DNA of 64,000 nucleotides from the human T2T-CHM13v2.0 reference genome, Homo sapiens: NCBI RefSeq assembly GCF_009914755.1, contig NC_060937.1. One strand, 5' to 3'. Position 1 is the first letter of the stretch; each line of letters begins with the position of its first letter. This document shows positions 1 to 14,602 of the stretch, piece after piece. The position numbers and the translations under genes were made by a program. Under the pieces are notes generated by a model. That model saw nothing but the letters and a program-made list of their open reading frames with translations. It searched no databases and had not been told where the DNA came from.

Positions 1-114
1 TTTGCAACTTTTTTAGCTTACCAGCGATTGTCAGTGTCCGTGTATTTCATGTGTGACCCAAGATAATTATTCTTCCATTGTGGCCCAGGGAAGTCAAAAG
101 ATTGGACACCCCTG
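1..114 (-). mobile_element. MER30 (hAT-Charlie) partial, cut by window edge
   Basis: Ends ...tggcccagggaagtcaaaagattggacacccctg, the MER30 terminus; homologous to the copy at 14656-14883. Confidence 0.85.
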
Positions 115-902
115 CTAATGGCAGTAGGGAGCATTTGCTGACTATCTAGCCCTTTAAAAAAATGGCTGCCTACCCCGGATTTAGGTGAAAGAGGAAAAGG
201 TTCTGCCTTCGGGTGAGACAGGGACAGGCATTTGAATGAGGAAAGGAAGGAACATCCGACAGGTGCAGCTTTTCCCAGTCCAGCACCATTGCAAGGTAGA
301 GACTCGCACAGAGAAGCTGCAGCGGCATTCGGTGGTGCATAAGGCAAGGACTCCCCAGTGGTGGCCACGGCGTGGAGGGAGGAGCTGGTGGACTACAAGC
401 CAGGGCTTTGTGGAGAAATTGTCAAGTGAGAAAAGGGTGCCAGGATGAAATGGGAAAGTCATTCATCTGTAGGGGCTGAGCTCTCAGGGTACAGGTCTTA
501 GCCCCGGAAAACAGTACTGTGTCTCCTCGTGTATGAACCCTGCCGGCATAGGGAGTGACAGCGGGGGCATCCTCTCCCACCGCCGGGAGCGTGTCTCTGT
601 CTGCACCACGCATAGGTGGGCACATCAGGCTTCTTTCACCTGAGGCACTGTGCTGGCCACATCTGGACTGCCTGTCTTTGCAAGATTTTCTGCATGTTTT
701 CCCCAGAGCTTGCTGCTCATATGTCCCGTTTGATGTTCCCCTTTTTTTGCCCTCTGGGGGGAAATGGTTTTCTGCAACTCCCGGATACCACAGTTCAGGA
801 GGGCAAGTAGTCCTCAAACATCCCTCATTATACCACCTTCCCCCAGCATCTCCCCTCGTACCCCTCCATCAACTGATCACAGAAAAGATACCCAATTCTT
901 AC

Positions 903-997
903 TCAATCTTGAGCGAGGCCTTGGGTTTGCTGTCAGTCCAGGTGAAGCGCTTCAGCATGGGAGAGGCCAACAGAGTGCTGCTGTCGCCCTGGTAGTC
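903..997 (-). CDS. FLT1: FLT1 exon 29 (C-terminal tail, includes Y1242)
   Basis: Minus strand TAG|GAC TAC CAG...AAG ATT GA|GTAAG translates DYQGDSSTLLASPMLKRFTWTDSKPKASLKI; 95 nt, phase 0 in, phase 2 out. Confidence 0.97.
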
Positions 998-1857
998 CTA
1001 GGGGGAGAAGGAGAAAGGTTATACTCTTGCCTGGCCCAGCGGGGGTCCATGCTGAGCCTGAGGGATGATCCTGGGATACATCTGTTGATCCAGGCTCTGC
1101 CTCACCCTCCACAATCCCAGCCTATTGAGACAAAGCATTTCTCTAAGTTGGCCACTACAAACTTGACCCGCTGCAAATCATGTCTGATCCCCAGTGACTT
1201 TGAGGCCCTTCCTGAACATGAAGTAAATACATTTAGGCAAAAGGGAAAATGGCAAGTAACAGGTTAGCATTTTCCATAGTAAACTGTGATGCAATTTATT
1301 GCAACAAAGATACTAAAACTAATTTGGCAGATCACGATTGACTATGAGTATGCTATGGTAGTGGTGGCCATCATAGACACAAATTCTAAGAAATCGTAAA
1401 GACATCATTCGATTTTTTTTCTGGAACTCAATGGAATTCTCAGCCCCCAGCCCTTGGTCATGGTCTCCAGCAATTAGACTTCCTTGTTGGTTTCTTTTGG
1501 CAGTGAGTTGCCTGCAGACTCTTCACTACTTTGTTAATACGGCATGTTCCAGTAAGTGGATCCCACGCTTTGTTCCTGCCACCCTTTAAGGCTCTTACAG
1601 GGCAGTGTTCCTGTCCTTAATTACGAGTAAACACCTAAGCAAATAAAGAAGCTGTCATCATTCACCACTGATTTAGGGTGGGGAGGGTGAAGGTTGAGAA
1701 TTCTTTCACGTTTTGCTCAGTATTTTTCCCTTGGCCTTGAAAAAAATGTGCCAAGCAGTCAAACAAGATATCCATATACTTCACCTTTATATTCTTCAGC
1801 TTATTTTTGATGCTTAAAATATTTAAAATAATATTTCCCTTTATCTGGTGTGTCTGA

Positions 1858-2460
<603 letters not shown>

Positions 2461-3065
2461 TGCAACATCAGAACTGCAGTATCGCTCCTGCCCATGCTCC
2501 TCTCCTCCCCTTAGCCCCTCAACCCCACATCACAGGGCTTTAGAGAGAAGAGCTGGAAGACCTCTTGTTTGCCAGGCTATACTGGTTAGCTTCTCCCATT
2601 GTGATTGGGTAGGAACACAGCTGTTCAATCTGTAGAACCTCAGGGGAAAGGAGCATAAGGCTTAGGTGGACCCCTCCCAGCCTCAAGGCTGCTTGCAGGA
2701 ACGCGCTCTCTGTTACATCACAAAGCCCATCACCCACACAGCTGGGAGTTCCTCTGTTACTCTGAAAGCAAAGCTGCATCACTGACAGCTAAGCAGCTTA
2801 GAAACACACAATGGAGTTTCCTCAGGGTCTAAATTCCTACCACGCAGGGACTTGGGTCCTGGAGTGAGTGCATGGAACTCTACTTTCAAATTAGTTCTGC
2901 ACAGCTAGGTCTAGTTGTCAGTCCTCCCCACACTGTCATTTCAGCCACTCCTGAATCCAGACCCTCACTGACCAAGAACTACTACATTACTGGCGTTGGT
3001 GTTTGGAAGGGATCTGAAGAAGGGGTCTATCGGAGTGCACTAGGTACCTTAACTTCACGACTTAC

Positions 3066-3150
3066 ATCAAACATGGAGGTGGCATTCGGTAAAAGTTCTT
3101 CAAAGGTTTTGATTCTTTCCAGGCTCATGAACTTGAAAGCATTTACATAT
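3066..3150 (-). CDS. FLT1: FLT1 exon 28 (Y1213 YVNA motif)
   Basis: TAG|A TAT GTA AAT...TTT GAT|GTAAG; (R)YVNAFKFMSLERIKTFEELLPNATSMFD; 85 nt. Confidence 0.97.
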
Positions 3151-4094
3151 CTAATGAAGAAACAGAAAGAATTATCAAGACAGGAAAAGGCATCCAGCTC
3201 TAATGAGTCAGGAGACCACAGGCACCATATCCCAGCTAAGATGAACCAACACACCAACAGGAATCACCTAACTCCTGAGGCCCCGATCTCCCCGCCGTGA
3301 CCCCTGGGAATCCTGACAGCATTGCCACTGCCTCCCGTGGTTGTCAATTCACATTCTGTAGGGTTGAGGAAACTCCCAGAGGGACCTACTCTGGTCCGTT
3401 GTGAAATCAGAGAATGCCAGACGTAGGAGAGACTGGAGGCATCATCTCGTCTGAGTGCCCAATGGCACAGGAGAGAAATGATGTGCAGGGAAGTGGTATG
3501 ACTTTATCAGGTGCTCTGAAAAGGATGTGAGGTGGCAAAGTGACCTGGCATGGCTACACGGCTAAATATTATTTAATGGCATAATCGAGTGCTAGTGCCA
3601 GGCTTGTATTTTGTGTGTGTGTGTGATTACAGATTGGGAGAATTGGGTAGTGTTGTATGATGTCTCTATAACTACCTACTGACTTTTGTTGATGATGTAT
3701 TAGGAAAGACTATTGGAGACATCCACTCTGTGGTTACTCACAAGGCAAGTTCACCTACTGACTGAATTTCTCAGTCCCATACTCTGTCACTCTCTGCCAG
3801 TCCCAGTGTCTTGGGCAAGCTCCCTACTGGCTTAAGGCTAAGCAGCCTTAGAAGGGTCCACATATAACTTTGCCATGCCACCCACCCCCCCTCCCTCTCT
3901 CTAACCCAGCCAGACCTTGCCAATTTATTTAATCCGAACTAGTTTTCCCAGCTTTACAAAATGATGACACATCTGCTTCAGCCTCTTGGGCTGGTTGTGA
4001 GGCCTGAACAGTGAGGCTGACCTGTAATCCATCACCACAAGTCTGGATTTGCCCACTGGGTTTCTTTGAGGCCTGTCACAGGTGGGTAGCAGTA

Positions 4095-4471
<377 letters not shown>

Positions 4472-5229
4472 TGAGGTTAGAGCCAGAGAGCTGTGCCTAC
4501 TGCAAAGAGAGATGCTAGAGGCCCATAGTACAGTCTGGAGGCCCTAAAAGGAGTCCTGACTGCATCGGGTACAGGGAGGGAGGGTCAGAACTCCTGGGTT
4601 AGAAAATTATTCTGCCACTTTCTAGCCACACAGTTTCGGCAAGCCTCCTTCTGGGAGCCTTAAGGTCCCCATTTGTGTAACGGGAATGATATGTTCTTCC
4701 CAAGACTGCTCTGGGCGTAAGAGGAGTTGATACATGGAAAAAGCCTAGCACCTTGCCAGACCCAGCACTTGTCTGTGTAACCGTCATCCCTGCCCAGGTT
4801 TCGTGCACGCCTAACTATCAGTCCTGAAGTGCAGTCCCCGGGCCAGCAGTGGCCACAGTACATATTTGTTCCCTTGCCTTGCCCCTTCTCCAATTCCCTC
4901 TGCAGTAATACGGGATAGATGCGTTTGTTAGGTCAAAACAAAGCAAAACAAATGAAAACACAGCTCGCTTTGTTTGTTTAGTTTTATCTAAGGTTTCACC
5001 AAAAAATTCAATGTAATGGGGAAAAGAAAAGATGGGGGAAGGTTCTAGAATAAGATAGACAAGAAACTTAAGAAAATGTAATCTGTTATTCTTAATTGGA
5101 TCCTGCTTTTAAAAAAAACATGTAAAGACACTTGGGTGGAATTATGGAAATCTGACTATTAGATGGCATTAAGGAATTTATTTGGTGCGATAATTTTGGT
5201 GTGGTTTACACAGGAGAATGTCCTTCTTT

Positions 5230-5478
5230 GAGTGCAGTCACATAATCATAGCCCACTGCAGCCTCCATCTCCTGGGCTCAAGTGATCCTCCAACCTCAGC
5301 CTCCTGAGTAGCTGGGACTACAGGTGCCCACCACCACACCCGGCTAATTTTTAAATTTTTAGTAAGATGAGGTCTCTCTATGTTGCCGAGGCAGATTTTG
5401 AACTCCTAGGCTCAAGTGATCCTCCCACCTCAGTCTCCCAAAGTGCTGCGATTACAGGCACGAGCCACTGTGCCCAGC
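5230..5478 (-). mobile_element. Alu (AluJ-like), tail end truncated, within old L1-like sequence
   Basis: Diverged Alu body, catagcccactgcagcctcc...cctgggctcaagtgatcctcc. Confidence 0.85.
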
Positions 5479-5676
5479 AACAATAGCCTTCTTACAAAAT
5501 GTATACTAAAGTATTTAGGAGTAAAGTGCTATTATGCTTTAAGCCTCCTTTTAAATGGTTTGGCAAAAAGAAAAATCCGTAACAAACACAATCATAGAGA
5601 GTATAATAGACAAAATAGGGCAAAATGTTAACAGTTGAATTTAGGGGATGGGCATATGGGTGGTGATCAACATAAT

Positions 5677-5769
5677 CTTTCTTTCTTTCTTTCTCTCTTT
5701 CTTTCTTTCTCTCTTTCTTTCTCTCTTTCGTCTTTCTTTCTCTTTCGTCTTTCTTTCTTTCTTTTTTTT
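5677..5769. repeat. (CTTT/CT)n polypyrimidine tract
   Basis: ctttctttctttcttctctctttc...; ~45 nt downstream of the exon 27 donor. Confidence 0.9.
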
Positions 5770-5812
5770 GTTGGAAAATTCTGTGATATAAAGTTTGAGA
5801 AAGAAATCTTAC

Positions 5813-5955
5813 CTGACATCATCAGAGCTTCCTGAATTAAACTTCGGAGCTGAAATACTTTCCTTGAAGAAGTCCTCAGAGAAGGCAGGAGTTGAGTATG
5901 TAAACCCACTATTTCCTGTCAGTATGGCATTGATTGGGATGTAGTCTTTACCATC
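5813..5955 (-). CDS. FLT1: FLT1 exon 27 (Y1169)
   Basis: TAG|GAT GGT AAA GAC TAC...GAT GTC AG|GTAAG; DGKDYIPINAILTGNSGFTYSTPAFSEDFFKESISAPKFNSGSSDDV; 143 nt. Confidence 0.97.
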
Positions 5956-6215
5956 CTAAAATACCAAAGGTAGAGCTCTCGTTGCACCAATTCTGACTTC
6001 AACAATTTCTATGAACCATTATGTCAACTTTGACTATGTCATTTGCACAATCTTGGTTGTGTTTTGAGAAGATAATTCTGTATACACACACACACACCCT
6101 TTTTTTAAACTTCTGATCTCAGCTATTATATTAATAGCTCTTAAAAAAAAAACAAATAAAATGCCCCCCTGACGTACATTCAAAGGCATTTTGATGTAGA
6201 TAAATTTAGTTTTAC

Positions 6216-6321
6216 CTGTTGTACATTTGCTTGAAGCAAATCACCTAGTTTTTCCACAAGTTCTGCAAATCTTGGCCTTTCTTTTGGGTCTCTGTGCCAG
6301 CAGTCCAGCATGATCTGATAG
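6216..6321 (-). CDS. FLT1: FLT1 exon 26 (end of kinase C-lobe)
   Basis: CAG|C TAT CAG...CAA CAG|GTAAA; [35 protein letters not shown]; 106 nt. Confidence 0.97.
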
Positions 6322-7173
6322 CTGGTGGGGAAAACAGCAACAGAAATAGTTGGAGAGCAGTGATCATCCTATGCATTGCCTTACGTACTACAAAGGGAGG
6401 GCTGTCATCATCCGCATAAAGCCCAAGCTTTCTGTACTATGTGACCCTGCTTCATTTTTAGGTTTGGGTTTATAGCACCAGCACTTAAAAGGCTGTCTGG
6501 GCCAGGTCCTGTGGTCAGTGGAAAACACGTCTACCAAGGCAGACTAACCAACCCACCAGAGCTCATGGATACCCAGGTTCTTTGTTGTGCCTGTGGCCTC
6601 TGCAGATGGAAGGTCTGAGTTCTGTGAATGAAACACAGCAATTCGGAAAGGAAACCCCACCGCTCACTGCAGTTCAATGTGAAGTGGAGTACTCCTCCCC
6701 ACACTTACAGAAGTAGGACGATGTCCTTAAAGTTAAAAAAAAAAAAAGTCATACAGCCATAAATATCAATGGCTGAATAGTTTGTAGTACTTATTTCATT
6801 CTCGAGTTGTAACAAAGGTTGGTTTGAGCTGGCTTCTTAAAAAGCATGTGGCATTTCCAAGTCCTCACACCTCCCTTTATGGGCTCAGCAGTGGAGACTG
6901 GTGGGGAAGGTCCTGCGTACATGACTTTGTCACTTCCAGAAGGTGAAGCCCACAGTGTGGAGTTTCCGGGGCTGTGAGCAAGGTTCCTGTGTGTAGCTGA
7001 TCATTCTCCCCCCGCACTGCAAAGCCGCTGTTACAAACTGGCCTCCCACCACTCAAGGCACACAGCACAGGTTGGGCTCCTGGATAATGAAAACATTTGT
7101 CTTAATAGCACAGAGGTCAAATCTTGTCCTGGGATTCCAATGTCAACAGACTCCTCTGTGATTCTTCTCTTAC

Positions 7174-7495
7174 ATTTTATTTTTATTTTTATTTTTATTT
7201 TTATTTTTATTTTGATGCAGAGTCTCACTCTGTCATCCAGGCTGGAGTGCAGTGCCATGATCTCAGCTTACTGCAACCTCCGGCTCCCAGGTTCAAGCGA
7301 TCCTCCTGCCTTAGCCTCCTGAGTAGCTGGGATCACAGGCACCCACCACCACACCTGGTTAATTTTTGTATTTTTAGTAGAGATGGGGTTTTATCATGTT
7401 TTCCAGGCTGGTCTCGAACTCCTGGCCTCAATTGATTCACCAGCCTCGGCCTCCCAAAGTTCTGGGATTACAGGCGTGAGCCACTGCGCCCGGCC
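7174..7495 (-). mobile_element. Alu with (ATTTTT)n tail
   Basis: Alu body; TSD-like tcttctcttacatttta / tcttctttacatttta. Confidence 0.92.
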
Positions 7496-8136
7496 TCTTC
7501 TTTACATTTTAGATGTAAAGGTATCAGGCTCCTCTCTTGGTCATGTCTGCACGGAATCGAGGTCTGTACCTACCGCCCTCTCTGAAAAACACAGGCCAGA
7601 GGTCCATACACACACTGCATTAAGAATTGATTCTTCTTGAACCTTGTGCTCTTCAAGGGATGTTTATTATATGTTACCTCTTCTCTCAGAAGATGGTCTG
7701 GATGAGAAGGGACTCTGACTTACACTCAAACCTGAATGGGCTCCGAATTTGGCTCGGGGTGGGAATTGGGCTGTAAGCACTATGTGGGCTGGGCCTCATT
7801 TCCACACCTCTCGCCTACCACAGGGCAATAAATATCTGCTAAAAGAAGTCAGACTGGTCTCCGGGAAGAGATAACTCTGCTCCTTCTGTGAATTCTTCAG
7901 CTGTACTGCAGACATTACTTGTGCTGGGAGATGGCGGTTGCTGGGGAAAAAACCTGAGAAACCCTAGTTCATATCCTCCCTCTGACACTTCTTAGAGGTA
8001 TGCCTTTAGGGGGCGCCAATGGCTCCAGATATCTCTTAAGTATATTTCTATTTTGTTTCAAAGTATATGAGGTGGCTGCCAAAGGCAGTAAGAATACAGG
8101 GAGGTAAAAAAAAAAAAAAAAAAAGAGAGAGAAGAA

Positions 8137-8356
8137 TCCGGGTGTGGTGGCTCACACCTGTAGTCCCAATGCTTTGGGAGGCCATGGTGGGACAATCGTT
8201 TGAGGTCAGGAGTTCAAGATCATCCTGGACAACATAGTGAGACTTTATCTCCACAAAAAAATACAAGAATTAGTCAAGCATGGTGATGCATGCCTGTAGT
8301 CCCTGTAGTACAGGAGGCTGAGGCGGGAGGATCACTTGAGCCTGGGAGGTTGAGGC
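8137..8356 (+). mobile_element. Alu (AluJ-like), 3' truncated
   Basis: ccgggtgtggtggctcacacctgtagtccc...ggaggatcacttgagcctgggaggttgaggctg, then unrelated sequence. Confidence 0.85.
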
Positions 8357-9493
8357 TGGGCTCCAAAGAGAGGCCTTCAGGCAGAGGCTCTGGGCTCGTC
8401 TCCTCCTGCACCATCGTCTCCCCACAGGATCAAGCTGCTGTCTGGGAGATGCACCATCCTGAGCAGGACACTCCCTAGTTTCCCTGCTGACACTCGTAAA
8501 CGGAACCATCTACAACCACTTGCTGTTTGTTACTTTTGACTCTTGGATTCCGATTTCTAGTTTCCACTCTTCTTGCCTAAAATCCAATGCAAATCATCTC
8601 AGCAAACATCAAATGAAAAGAAAAAAAAAATAAAAAAATTCATTGCTTATTCCCTTATTGAAAGACATCTGATTCAACAGTATCTGGGCCAGGAACCAAC
8701 AACTCAATGTTACAAGATTTTGTACCACTAAGTAAATGGGTTTAGTAAAGTTATGAGACATTAGCTTGCATCCAAGCTGGGGATGAGGGGCCTCCAGAAA
8801 GTTTTCTTTCCAAGCTATCACCCAAGTTCCCAAATACACACCGCTTTAGGCCAAGTTCAGATCACAGAATCCCAGTTCTGAGAAGCTGCACTTGGTCCTC
8901 ACCCAGCCCTTCCTACTGTTAGAACAAACAAGAAGGAAATTACTCCATCAGCTTTCACATGCTGGAGAAAATGGCTGAAGGTTTGAAGTCTGGCCTTCTG
9001 AGGAAATATTTCACAGAGCTTCTTACTTTTTAAAATTTCTAAAATCTCTCCCTCCTCAGAATTAAGGAACCATACCACTCTCTCTAGGTCACCTGAGGCA
9101 CGGGAGCTACCTGAGCGAGGTTTATGTAAAGACTTGAAGGTTTGAGAAAGTCCAAAGCAGTTTTTGGTCCAAAGCTGATGTGACTTTGTACCTCTGAGTT
9201 ATTTGCGACCACAGCCTGGGTATGAATGGGAAACACACTCTGCAGCAGTGTAGGATGGTGCTGTGGACTCTGGACTCAAGCTGAATTCGCTTATTACCAA
9301 CGCAGGCTTGAGCAAATCACTTACATGTGCGGTGCCTGTTTTCTCATCTGTGAAATGGGGATCATGGTAGTCCTACTTTATAGGACTGTTATGAGCATTA
9401 AATAAATTAATGCTTAAAATAGTGGCACTTATAAGCACCAAATAACTATTTAATCAGTACTATTCAATACTGTTATAATAAAAACTAATTTCA

Positions 9494-9800
<307 letters not shown>

Positions 9801-10858
9801 CTAAACTAATTTCATACTATTTAGAATTTATATGGAAGTAAAAATAAAACTTAATTTCATACTGTTTTGCATTTATTTTGATGTAAAAATATTGTTATTT
9901 AATAATAACAACTATTAGTGTAATTGAGAACTTTCTCGAGATTTTCAGACTATATGAAGATTGGAAGGACATATTTAATTCAAAGCATGAGTGGCCATAT
10001 CAGAGAAGCATTTCTACTGAGGAACGTGGGGTCTGTTCCTAATTCATCAGCCGTGGTCTAGGGACATCAGTCCAGAGGCTTGGGTTCTAAATGTCTCCTT
10101 TGCTTCTCAGCTGACAGACGGCACATTGCTTCAGTTCTCGGCATCTCAGTTTCATTACTTGCTAAATTCAGATTACAATAGCTGCCCTGACCACCCCTCA
10201 AGGTCTCTGGGAACTTCAAATGAGACTATGTGTGGGAAAACACTTAGAAAATCATAAAGTTAATCATCTAGCTCTATCCCCAGCTCTCAGAAACAGGCCT
10301 TGCCTCAGCTCCCTGTACTTTTCTGATGAGGACACCACGCACCAGTGACAAGAACAGGTCCCCTCCCGCTTCCCTACACTCAGGCAGAGCTCCCCAGCCC
10401 TGCTGTTGGGCCTGAGTCTCCTGTCCACCTCGTCCAGTTCCCCATCCTGGGTCTGACCTACCCTTACCCCGAGATGATGAAGGAAAGAGACAGTGACTTT
10501 GCCCTTTGGCCAAGCCCACACTTCCTGCATTCCCTCTGATTCCTTCTGAAAGGCCAGCCAGGGCTTCTGACAGGACCCCATTGTGTGGGTGGAATGGGAG
10601 GGCCCCTGCCAGTTCAGGAAAGGTGGTGCCGCCTCAGGGAGGCCCAAGTCCTTGTCAGCAGCTCCACAAAAGTGCAAGTGTCATCACATTCCTGCTCAGG
10701 CCTCAAAGTGCAAAACATCCACAAAGCCCCAGGAAAAAAAGTGTCCAAGACAGGCAAGCAAGTGCAATTTGCACAGTGGAGAAAGCCTCACATGGACACC
10801 CGAAAAGCCATCTGACCAGGCAGCTTCAGACAGCTGCTGGGCCTATTCCTAAAAGGTT

Positions 10859-11143
10859 CTTTTTTTTTTTTTTTTTTGAGACATAATCTCACTCTGTCAC
10901 CCAGGTTGGAGTGCAGTGGCGTGATCTTGGCTCACTGCAATCTCCGCTTCATAGGCTCAAGTGATTCTCATGCCTCAGCCTCCCGAGTAGCTGCCACCAG
11001 GCCCGGCTAACTTTTGTATTTTTAGTAGAGACGGGGTTTCACCATGTCGGCCAGGCTAGTCTCGAACTCCTGACCTCAAGTGATCCGCCCGCCTCTGCCT
11101 CCCAAAGTGCTGGGATTACACATGTGAGCCACTGCGCCCGGCC
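10859..11143 (-). mobile_element. Alu with small internal deletion
   Basis: Poly-T plus Alu body; lacks the gggattacaggc segment of the right arm. Confidence 0.92.
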
Positions 11144-11718
11144 CCTATTCCTCCCAAAGGATTCTAAAGAAGTTGTATTGCCCACAAAGCCTTCTGTGAA
11201 GCATAATCATGACATCAGGAAGTTCCCCTTTTCCTCTCCAAGACCTGTTCTGCAGACCACATCAACCCCCTCACGGGTGTTCTGTGCAGACACAGGACTG
11301 GTCACAAGACCAAGGTCTAGCCCTCCATCCCTGGGGCTGCTAGGCCTGTTTGGCTCCCACTCCGTGAGTGAGGCCAAGGTCTTGCATTCAGTTCCTGGGT
11401 GGTCTGTTTGTTTTGCCTGGATTCATACCTAGAAACTGAATTTCTAACTTCAGTTCCCAGCTAGAGCCCTTGAAAAGTCATGTCAGTGGTCAGGACAGGA
11501 AATAGGTAGGGATGGGTCAAGGGCCACGTGCCCCACTGCAAGAAAACACTCCCAGCATATCTGGGCCTGACGGGCTGAGGGGAGCATCTCTAAAGGAAAG
11601 AAGAACCTTGGCATCTTCCAAGACTGGGACTCTAAGAATCCATAAAACATCCCCTCTCAGGAATGCCCTGGTGAAAAGCGAGCTGTCAGATGGGGAGCAG
11701 AGGGCACCAAGGGCTCAC

Positions 11719-11818
11719 ATTTCAGGAGTAGAGTACTCAGGAGCTCTCATCCTCATGCCTTCCCTCAGGCGACTGCAAAAGTCCTCATCCATTTGTACTC
11801 CTGGGTATGGAGACCCAC
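11719..11818 (-). CDS. FLT1: FLT1 exon 25 (kinase)
   Basis: CAG|GT GGG TCT CCA TAC...GAA AT|GTGAG; [33 protein letters not shown]; 100 nt. Confidence 0.97.
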
Positions 11819-12141
11819 CTGCGGGAGACAATGTGGAAAACACAGGGCCTGTTATGGCTTAAGGGTACAAAAGACCAAGAGGGGACAATTCAGTGTTTCT
11901 TTCCTCCCTTTAAAGCTACGTTTTAGTAATAAATTCCCAGGGATTACAACAGATCTCAACATACCGTACAACACACAGAGAAGCTCAGCAAATCCTTGCT
12001 AAGGACACCCGCTTGGTTGGGTGGTCACATGGTGCGGGGCACCTGGTGCTCACAGGCTATTCCTATGGCTACTTCTGCCTGTGTGGTCAGAGGAAGGGGT
12101 GTCGTCTGAAGGGTCCTTGCCTTCTCCCCACAAGTAACTAA

Positions 12142-12382
<241 letters not shown>

Positions 12383-13386
12383 TAGGCTACATAGGAATCA
12401 TTCACACTTGAGTGGGAATGACTTTAATTCACTTTCTTGCAACCTTCCTATAGTACCAGGGCTCTAGGAGTTGTGACAGGCCTGAGGGAAGGGGGGCTTT
12501 GCGCTCCAGGGCTGGGCTGAATGGAGTGGAATGGGGTGGGGGCTGCCCGTGGCCAGGAGTCTGCAGACCTAAGGGCGCCAGAGAGGCCTAGGCTTTGCCT
12601 TCTGCCAGCTTTACTGCCCAGGATTCCCCTGCAACCTTTCCTTTTGGGGGGATTCTTGCCAGGGCTGGGGGTGGCAAGGCCTTCTAATGCACTCTTGCTC
12701 TAGCCCTGCAGCCTCATCTACCTCAGCATTTGTTTGTGTGCATTTTCTAGTGATTACTGCTGGTAGGAAGCAGCTGGGAGGCGTGCAGTGCTGGCACCGT
12801 GTCATCGCAGGACCACTGCAGCCGCCAAGCTGCTTTCAAAGACTGGAAGCAACAGGTGCCTGTCATCGAAAGCAGGGGAATGATTTTCACACATTACAGG
12901 AAACCAGGGATGTTACTGGGTGACTTTTATTTGCTGTGAAAGGCAAATTTTTGGCAAAGCCCAAAAGACTCTTGGCGAGAACTTGAGTTTTAGAGGCCTC
13001 AGATCATCACTGTGTGTCTGCAAGCAGATGTGGGCTCTGCACGCATCTGTGTGCTTTGAACAGGACTTCCAGCCACCCATAGTGGATGTTATTGCAAGCA
13101 GAATAAATACAACCAGTGTTGTTTATTGCTTATCCTGTATAAACCAGTGTCCAGAGCCATATCATGTGTTCATATCAGAGGCACTGGAAAGGTCTCCTGT
13201 TTCTAACAACACCTTCCTCGCTGGGGCAGCTGAGCTTGTTATGGCCTTTCCTAGGAAGAAATTCTGAGGTGGTGGGAGACGCGGGGAGGGAAGCGGTAAG
13301 GGCATTAGAGGTGTGGGTGTTGAGGAATTGGAAAAGGACAGAATTGGGCAAAGTACAGAAAAAGTACTTTGCTTCAGACTTTATAC

Positions 13387-13464
13387 CCTTGTTCATGATC
13401 GTATAAAGCCCTTTTACATGACCTTGTTCTGACCTTGTTCATGATCATATAAAGCCCTTTTACA
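13387..13464. repeat. Local direct duplication (32 bp x2) with internal TGACCTTGTTC x2
   Basis: ccttgttcatgatc(g/a)tataaagcccttttaca at 13387-13418 and 13433-13464. Confidence 0.95.
13419..13435 (-). promoter_or_regulatory. Perfect DR5 nuclear-receptor motif AGGTCA-GAACA-AGGTCA (function untested)
   Basis: Plus strand TGACCT tgttc TGACCT; motif match only. Confidence 0.4.
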
Positions 13465-13585
13465 GTAGAGGGCAGACATGCGTACGCCATTACTCATCTG
13501 AGAGTCTACATGGGCCCATTACACTTTAAGAGTTTTTTGTTACAGTAGGTTCTAATCTAAAGGCTGTCCAACCAAAGGACATTCA

Positions 13586-13756
<171 letters not shown>

Positions 13757-14602
13757 CTAGAAGAGGGCAAGGGGGCCTTGAGCAGAAGGGCATGAAAACA
13801 AAGCACATTCAACCCGAGTGTCCATGGGGTCACCTCCCAGATAACATACGGCCTATAAATCATTTCCGAGAGCAGCTCTGGTTTCCTAACATAGAGAACA
13901 CCATAGTATGCAGTGTTACGCTAAAAGAGGGAGCTAGAGTGCTATACTGAGTCCCATGAAGGCAGTATATGTTCAGTAAGCCCCTCTGATGTGTTCAGCA
14001 TGTCCTTATCTGCATAGCTCTGTGAGAAATCCTCCCCCACAAAGAAAGCCTGCACTCCACAGGGACACACTCAGGGCTTGGAAAAGGAAAAGAGTGATCT
14101 GAATTTGAAGATATCCTGAAAACTGGTGGTGGTTTCCAAAAATTTTTCCAAAGGAGGATTTTGAAAGCATTCCTATGCAAAAAGACAAGATTTCCAAAGT
14201 CACTGAATAGGGAGAGTGTGCAAAAGCATCAGAAAGAAGAGAAGAAGGAAAGAAGTCAGTGTTGAAAGAGAATATACAGTTAGTTTTCAAACATGTAGAC
14301 AAATCTTCCTCTCTTTCAGATAGCAGGAATCCCAGTGAGTTAGGCCTCACCACTTTAGATGATGGGGATTGATGGGAGGTATGGGATAAAGGAGAGACAA
14401 GGAGAAAGGAAGTGGGAGGGGCAGGGAGGCTGACTCAGATACAGACGAACAGAAAGGAGGGGAGGACTAACATGAAGGTTGGTGCCATCTCTCCAGACCG
14501 GGGCCCCAAGGAAAGTCTGTTTTCCTTTATTTTTATTTTTTTATTTTTACAAAGGATCAATGTGAAGTCATATGTTTTCCTTCTATACAACAGATTCTGG
14601 TG

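Noticed and set aside
18-1267. Dense overlapping ORFs near the window start
   Set aside because: GC-richer intron 29 sequence plus the antisense of exon 29; the translations resemble no known family.
8003-8016. CTCF-like CCTTTAGGGGGCGC
   Set aside because: Two mismatches in the core; too weak without ChIP data.
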